A DNA stretch of 64,000 nucleotides, from assembly GCA_963662665.2 (NCBI GenBank), contig CAXXJS010000055.1, positions 1 through 64,000 on the forward strand, in the 5' to 3' direction. Below, in pieces: positions 59,516-64,000 of the stretch (the stretch's first letter is position 1; each line of letters starts with the position of its first letter). The position numbers and the translations under genes are program-made. The notes below the pieces were generated by a model. That model was not told where the DNA came from. It saw nothing but the letters and a program-made list of their open reading frames with translations, and made no database searches. Source of the stretch: Candidatus Latescibacterota bacterium (GTDB taxonomy: Bacteria; Latescibacterota; UBA2968; GCA-2709665).

Positions 59516-60586
59516 TTGTACAAGCCTCAGGTCCGGGAATCGGCCGCGCTCCTGGCGGCCGCGGCAGTTGAAACCCACGAACGCGTTCTGGACCTGGGAA
59601 TGGCCGGGCTTCCCGCAGGGCTTGACCTTAGTGCTGCCGGGATCCACTTTGTGAGTCCCGATCTGCGCGATTTGAGGCATTGTGAGACCATGATCAGGCG
59701 CAACGCATTGGACAATGCGTGCGGCTGGCTCGAAACCTCGCCCGATGACGTCACGGCGCCGTGTTTCGACGTCGTGCTGTACGCTCCCGCCAGGTGGGAG
59801 GCCAAGCTGCGTGTGTTCCATCTGATCGACGCGGCGTATCAGAAGTTGGCGATTCACGGTCGGTTGCTGATGGCGGGACGGCTGGGCGCCGGCGTAAGGA
59901 GCTATCGGAACCGGTTGGAGGAGGTCTTTGGTAACGTTGAGAAGGTTACGGCCAAATCGGGTTTTCGGATCTATAGGTCCTGCAAGCGGCGCACCGTCCC
60001 GGGCGCGGATCCCGTAAACCCGATGCATTCCTTCGTCGTGAACGACCTCTGCGGATCGGCCAGCGAATTCGAGTCGTGTGCAGGCGTATTCTCGTGCGAC
60101 GGCCTGGATCCCGGTACCCGATTGCTGATGGAAACGGCCGGTGTCGAGGCGTGCGATCGCGTGCTGGACCTGGGATGCGGATACGGAGCGGTTGGCATTG
60201 GCGCCGCGAAACGGGCGTGCGAGGTCCTGCTGGTGGATTCCAACCTGTTGGCGGTTCGATGCGCGAGGCGAAACATCGCCCGCCACCGGCTGGAAAACGC
60301 TCGGGTCGCCCTCAGCGACGCTTTCGAAGCCGCTTCAGGAAGGTCCTTCGATCTCATCCTGTGTAATGCGCCCACCCACCAGGGTGCCGCCACGGCCAGG
60401 CTGTTTACACACGGAGCAGCCCGACAGGTGGGTCCGCAGGGAAGATTCGTGGTTGTCGCGATGCGCCCCGGAATGTACCGCAAGCAGATGAAACGGTTTT
60501 TCGGCACGGTTGAAAAGCTGGGGTCACGTCTCGGGTACACCGTTCTATGTGCGAGTCGCCCGAACGCGGGTACACACTCGGACTGA
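59516..60586 (+). CDS. RsmC/RlmG-like class I SAM methyltransferase (start uncertain)
   Basis: GVFS..GLDPGTRLL, VLDLGCGYG, ILCNAPTH (NPPF-like). Confidence 0.82.
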   Translation: MYKPQVRESAALLAAAAVETHERVLDLGMAGLPAGLDLSAAGIHFVSPDLRDLRHCETMIRRNALDNACGWLETSPDDVTAPCFDVVLYAPARWEAKLRVFHLIDAAYQKLAIHGRLLMAGRLGAGVRSYRNRLEEVFGNVEKVTAKSGFRIYRSCKRRTVPGADPVNPMHSFVVNDLCGSASEFESCAGVFSCDGLDPGTRLLMETAGVEACDRVLDLGCGYGAVGIGAAKRACEVLLVDSNLLAVRCARRNIARHRLENARVALSDAFEAASGRSFDLILCNAPTHQGAATARLFTHGAARQVGPQGRFVVVAMRPGMYRKQMKRFFGTVEKLGSRLGYTVLCASRPNAGTHSD

Positions 60587-60681
60587 AATGTCGCGGATCA
60601 CCGTGAATCCCAACCGGAAATGGAGGTCTTATTCTGCAAATGCAGGAGGGAAGGCGGCTGCGGCAGGCGCCCCGAAAAACC

Positions 60682-60710
60682 TTGACAACACGCCATTGAA
60701 GGATTATATC
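60682..60710 (+). promoter_or_regulatory. Putative promoter of the molybdenum hydroxylase operon
   Basis: TTGACA-17 bp-TATATC. Confidence 0.5.
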
Positions 60711-60766
60711 TTACCCGCAATCTCAGGTCGTTTCAGGTGGTAATCAGTTGCCGTGAGATCCCCTAA

Positions 60767-60926
60767 CAGTCCGTTGATAAAGTCGCTCTGCAGGCGAGGC
60801 CGAGGCATTGTGGCCGAAGACAAGGCGCGCAACCGAGTCGAATCGAGCGATTCGGCGAGGGAGCGCAACGCAGTATTTCGACCGCAAGGGCCGGCCGTAG
60901 CCCGGATGGACTTTTTCAACGGGCTG
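60767..60926 (+). mobile_element. MITE copy 3 (160 bp) with an intact 4-bp target duplication
   Basis: CAGTCCGTTGATAAA / TTTTTCAACGGGCTG, flanked on both sides by CTAA. Confidence 0.88.
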
Positions 60927-60952
60927 CTAACAATGCACAGGAGGAGCGAACC

Positions 60953-61822
60953 TTGCAAGCGTTCGATTACGTAGCGCCGCAAACCGTCGACGAAGCCGTC
61001 GCCGTACTCTCAGAAAACGGCTCGGATGCCAGAATGTTTGCGGGCGGTTCCGACATCATTGCTCAGTTGAAAGAGGGGCGACGCCAGGTGAGGGTTCTGG
61101 TGGACGTCAAGAAGATACCAGAGGCGAACGAACTCTCGTTCGATTCTCAGACCGGATTGACAATCGGCGCCGGCGTGTCTTGCTGCGACATCTACGAAAA
61201 TGAGGACGTGGCGTCCAATTATCCGGCTCTTGTGGATTCCACCGCACTCATCGGCTCCATCCAGATCCAGGGCCGCGCAACGATCGGTGGAAACCTGTGT
61301 AATGCGTCTCCGGCGGCGGATACCATTCCAACGCTGATCGTCCTGGGGGCCACCGCGAAAATTGCGGGTCCCGGCGGTACGCGAAACGTCGACGTGGAGG
61401 ACTTCTGCACGGCGCCCGGGCAGTCCGTGTTGGAGGACGGCGAGTTTCTGGTTTCCGTCCATTTCCCGCCGCCCGCAGTCAACTCCGGAGCCAAATTTCT
61501 CCGGTTTATTCCCCGAAACGAAATGGATATAGCCGTTGTCAACGCCGCGGCGTCGGTGGTGTTAAACGCCGAAAAGAACGCGTTCGAGTCCGCCAGGATC
61601 GCCGTGGGCGCCGTGGCGCCCATTCCTCTTTACCTGCCCGAAGCAGGGGCGGCCCTTGCGGGCAACGAAGTGGCGGATCAGACGATCGAAGCGGCTGCCG
61701 AGATTGCCAGGCGAGCCGCCAGACCCATTACGGATATGCGCGGTACCATCGAGCAGCGAATTCACCTGGCTGGCGTACTGACCCGGCGCGCGGTCCGCGG
61801 CGCGGTGGAACGCGTACGTTAG
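60953..61822 (+). CDS. Xanthine dehydrogenase-family FAD-binding subunit (CoxM-like)
   Basis: TTG start after AGGAGGAG; AGGSD, TIGGNLCNASPAAD, PITDMRG. Confidence 0.92.
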   Translation: MQAFDYVAPQTVDEAVAVLSENGSDARMFAGGSDIIAQLKEGRRQVRVLVDVKKIPEANELSFDSQTGLTIGAGVSCCDIYENEDVASNYPALVDSTALIGSIQIQGRATIGGNLCNASPAADTIPTLIVLGATAKIAGPGGTRNVDVEDFCTAPGQSVLEDGEFLVSVHFPPPAVNSGAKFLRFIPRNEMDIAVVNAAASVVLNAEKNAFESARIAVGAVAPIPLYLPEAGAALAGNEVADQTIEAAAEIARRAARPITDMRGTIEQRIHLAGVLTRRAVRGAVERVR

Positions 61823-61891
61823 CAGTCCGTTGACAGAGTCACAACGCAGAAGTACGGCCACAAGGGCCGGACGCACTCTTTCAGCGGGCTG
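61823..61891 (+). mobile_element. MITE copy 4 (69 bp, internally deleted)
   Basis: CAGTCCGTTGACAGA...CAACGCAG...CAAGGGCCGGACGC...CTTTCAGCGGGCTG, immediately after the TAG stop at 61822. Confidence 0.72.
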
Positions 61892-61948
61892 TTTGGTCGA
61901 GGTGTCTTGAATCTCCTGTCCCTACGCGAAAATAGGAGTCCGTATAAA

Positions 61949-62431
61949 ATGGCTGTTAAAGTTCATGTGACAACAACGATCAACGGAGAAGAAGCCGAAT
62001 TTCTGTGCGAGCCCCGGGATACGCTGTTGGACGTGCTTCGCGACAATCTGGGTCTCACGGGCTCGAAAGAGGGTTGCGGAAACGGCAACTGCGGCGCCTG
62101 CAGCGTCATTGTAGACGGCCGTGTGATTAATTCCTGTCTCGCGCTGGGTGTTGAGGCACAGGGGTGTGAGATCACCACCATCGAGGGTGTGGCCACGTCA
62201 GAGGGGCTGCATCCGCTGCAGCAGAAATTCCTGGAGCATGCGGCGCTTCAGTGCGGAGTTTGTACGCCCGGGTTTATTGTGGCGGCGAAGGCGTTGCTGG
62301 ATCGGGAACCGGACGTCGACGAACACCGGATTCGCCTCTGGCTGGCTGGAAATCTTTGCCGGTGCACGGGATACGACAAAATTGTCAGGGCGGTAATGGA
62401 TACCGCCCGCACCATGAAGGAGACAGTCTGA
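61949..62431 (+). CDS. Xanthine dehydrogenase-family 2Fe-2S subunit (CoxS-like)
   Basis: KEGCGNGNCGACSV, QCGVCTPG, GNLCRCTGY; AGGAG RBS. Confidence 0.94.
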   Translation: MAVKVHVTTTINGEEAEFLCEPRDTLLDVLRDNLGLTGSKEGCGNGNCGACSVIVDGRVINSCLALGVEAQGCEITTIEGVATSEGLHPLQQKFLEHAALQCGVCTPGFIVAAKALLDREPDVDEHRIRLWLAGNLCRCTGYDKIVRAVMDTARTMKETV

Positions 62432-64000
62432 TGCCAGCCGAGGATTTTCTCGGAATAAAAGAGTACAAGGTGCTGGGTACCCGGCCCATCAGGCACGATG
62501 GCGTTGACAAGGTCACCGGACGGGCAATATACGGAGCCGACGTCAGCATGTCCGGCCTGATCTACGGGAAAGTGCTGCGCAGTCCTCACGCCCATGCGCG
62601 TATTGTCTCCATACACACCGGCAGGGCGGAATCGCTCGATGGCGTGAAGGCGGTAGCTACCGTCGCCGATATCCCCATCCCGGAGAAAAAGGTGGAAGAT
62701 CTGGGCGAGGGTGCGGCCAATATGGTGGATCTGCGCGCAAACGTACTGGCCGACGGAAAGGTGGTCTACGACGGCCACGCCGTAGCCGCCGTGGCGGCAA
62801 CAAGTTCGCATATCGCCGAAAAGGCGCTGGGACTGATCGATGTGGAGTACGAAGTCCTTGAGCCGTTGCTGGACGTGCGTGCGGCAATGAAACCGGACTC
62901 GCCGCTCCTGCACGACGCGCTGACCACCGAATCGCTCGGAGAAGACACCGGTACGGCAAGCAATATCGCCACGCACTTTCAGCACAAGTTGGGAGACACC
63001 CGGCAGGCCTTCGCCAGGGCCGACGTAGTAATCGAAAAAGAGTTCTTCACCGACACGGTGCACCAGGGTTACATCGAACCTCAGAATGCAACGGCACTCT
63101 GGAATCCTGACGGGCGCATCACGGTCTGGTGCAGCACCCAGGGCTCGTTTACGGTACGCGAGCAACTTGCGGGGCTGCTGCAGGTATCGCCCGTGAATAT
63201 CCGCGTAATTCCCACCGAAATCGGCGGTGGATTCGGCGGAAAGATCAGGGTTTACCTGGAGCCCGTGGCGGCGATTCTGTCCAGAAAGTCGGGCCATCCG
63301 GTAAAAATGGTGATGAACCGCGACGAAGTGTTGCGGGCCACCGGCCCCACGCCCGGATCGTACATACGTGCAAAGATGGGAGCCACAAACGAGGGTAAGC
63401 TGGTGGCGGCCGAGGCCTACCTGGCCTACGAGTCGGGCGGATTCGCTGGCACGTGGGCCGAACCGGGAGCCATGTGTATCTTCGCCCCGTACGATATCGA
63501 AAACGTGACCATCGATGGGTACAACGTGGTCGTCAATAAACCGCAGACAATGGCTTACAGAGCCCCGGGCGCCACGAACGCGGCGTTTGCGTCAGAGACC
63601 ATTGTAGACGAGATTTGTGAGCGGCTGGGCGAGGATCCGCTCGAGTTCCGATTGAAAAACTCGGCGAAGGAAGGTACGCGGCGGGCAGACGGGCCCACGT
63701 TTCCGCGCGTCGGCCACCAGGAAGTTCTGCGGGCGGCGATGGCAAGCGACCACTACAATGCGCCTCTCCAGGGCAAGAACCGGGGCCGCGGCGTGGCTTC
63801 CGGCTTCTGGTTCAACGTGGGACTCAAGTCCAGCGCGTGCGCGTCGGTAAATACAGACGGCACCGTCAGCCTGGTCGAGGGGTCTACCGATATCGGCGGC
63901 ACGCGAACCTCGGTGGCGATGCAACTCGCCGAACCCCTGGGAATCCCCGCCGAAGACGTCAATCCCGTGGTGGCGGATACCGACGGCGTGGGGGAGACCG
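62431..64000 (+). CDS. Xanthine dehydrogenase-family molybdopterin-binding subunit; runs off the right edge
   Basis: Hand translation from ATG 62431: DKVTGRAIYGAD, LRSPHAHA, HQGYIEP, GGGFGGK, AYRAPG. Confidence 0.92.
   Translation, partial: MPAEDFLGIKEYKVLGTRPIRHDGVDKVTGRAIYGADVSMSGLIYGKVLRSPHAHARIVSIHTGRAESLDGVKAVATVADIPIPEKKVEDLGEGAANMVDLRANVLADGKVVYDGHAVAAVAATSSHIAEKALGLIDVEYEVLEPLLDVRAAMKPDSPLLHDALTTESLGEDTGTASNIATHFQHKLGDTRQAFARADVVIEKEFFTDTVHQGYIEPQNATALWNPDGRITVWCSTQGSFTVREQLAGLLQVSPVNIRVIPTEIGGGFGGKIRVYLEPVAAILSRKSGHPVKMVMNRDEVLRATGPTPGSYIRAKMGATNEGKLVAAEAYLAYESGGFAGTWAEPGAMCIFAPYDIENVTIDGYNVVVNKPQTMAYRAPGATNAAFASETIVDEICERLGEDPLEFRLKNSAKEGTRRADGPTFPRVGHQEVLRAAMASDHYNAPLQGKNRGRGVASGFWFNVGLKSSACASVNTDGTVSLVEGSTDIGGTRTSVAMQLAEPLGIPAEDVNPVVADTDGVGET

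Noticed and set aside
28799-61891. Dispersed repeat read as CRISPR or REP units
   Set aside because: No regular repeat-spacer array and no cas genes; inverted ends and a 4-bp duplication fit a MITE

Overview
GC-rich bacterial chromosomal window with dense, mostly + strand housekeeping and metabolic genes. I saw no phage, integrase, transposase, CRISPR array or rRNA. In order it contains: a 3'-truncated, unusually long UxaA-family dehydratase (- strand, missed by the ORF track); an ~10 kb metal-uptake locus with two different Feo systems (intact FeoA/FeoB and a split FeoB) and three DtxR/MntR-family regulators; a secreted HEXXH metalloprotease with a C-terminal dockerin/EF-hand-like repeat; map; two lipoproteins and an outer-membrane barrel; two antiporter-like membrane proteins (one frameshifted); hprK; aspartokinase; a two-domain PPK2; a run of sugar/aminosugar enzymes; a heterodimeric ABC exporter; HU; a 29-aa bS22-like ORF; tRNA-Arg(CCG); a sigma-70 factor; an mlaEFD-like operon followed by two FG-GAP-repeat paralogues, one fused to a four-CXXCH cytochrome c domain; two tRNA-Pro genes flanking a DUF368 gene; lexA with a candidate operator; an ABC-2 exporter; and a 3'-truncated xanthine-dehydrogenase-family operon. 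Five copies of one non-autonomous IS5-like MITE are scattered through the window. The dockerin-like tail and gene content suggest an FCB-group organism such as Latescibacterota, but that is inference. All assignments come from reading motifs by eye; no searches were run.
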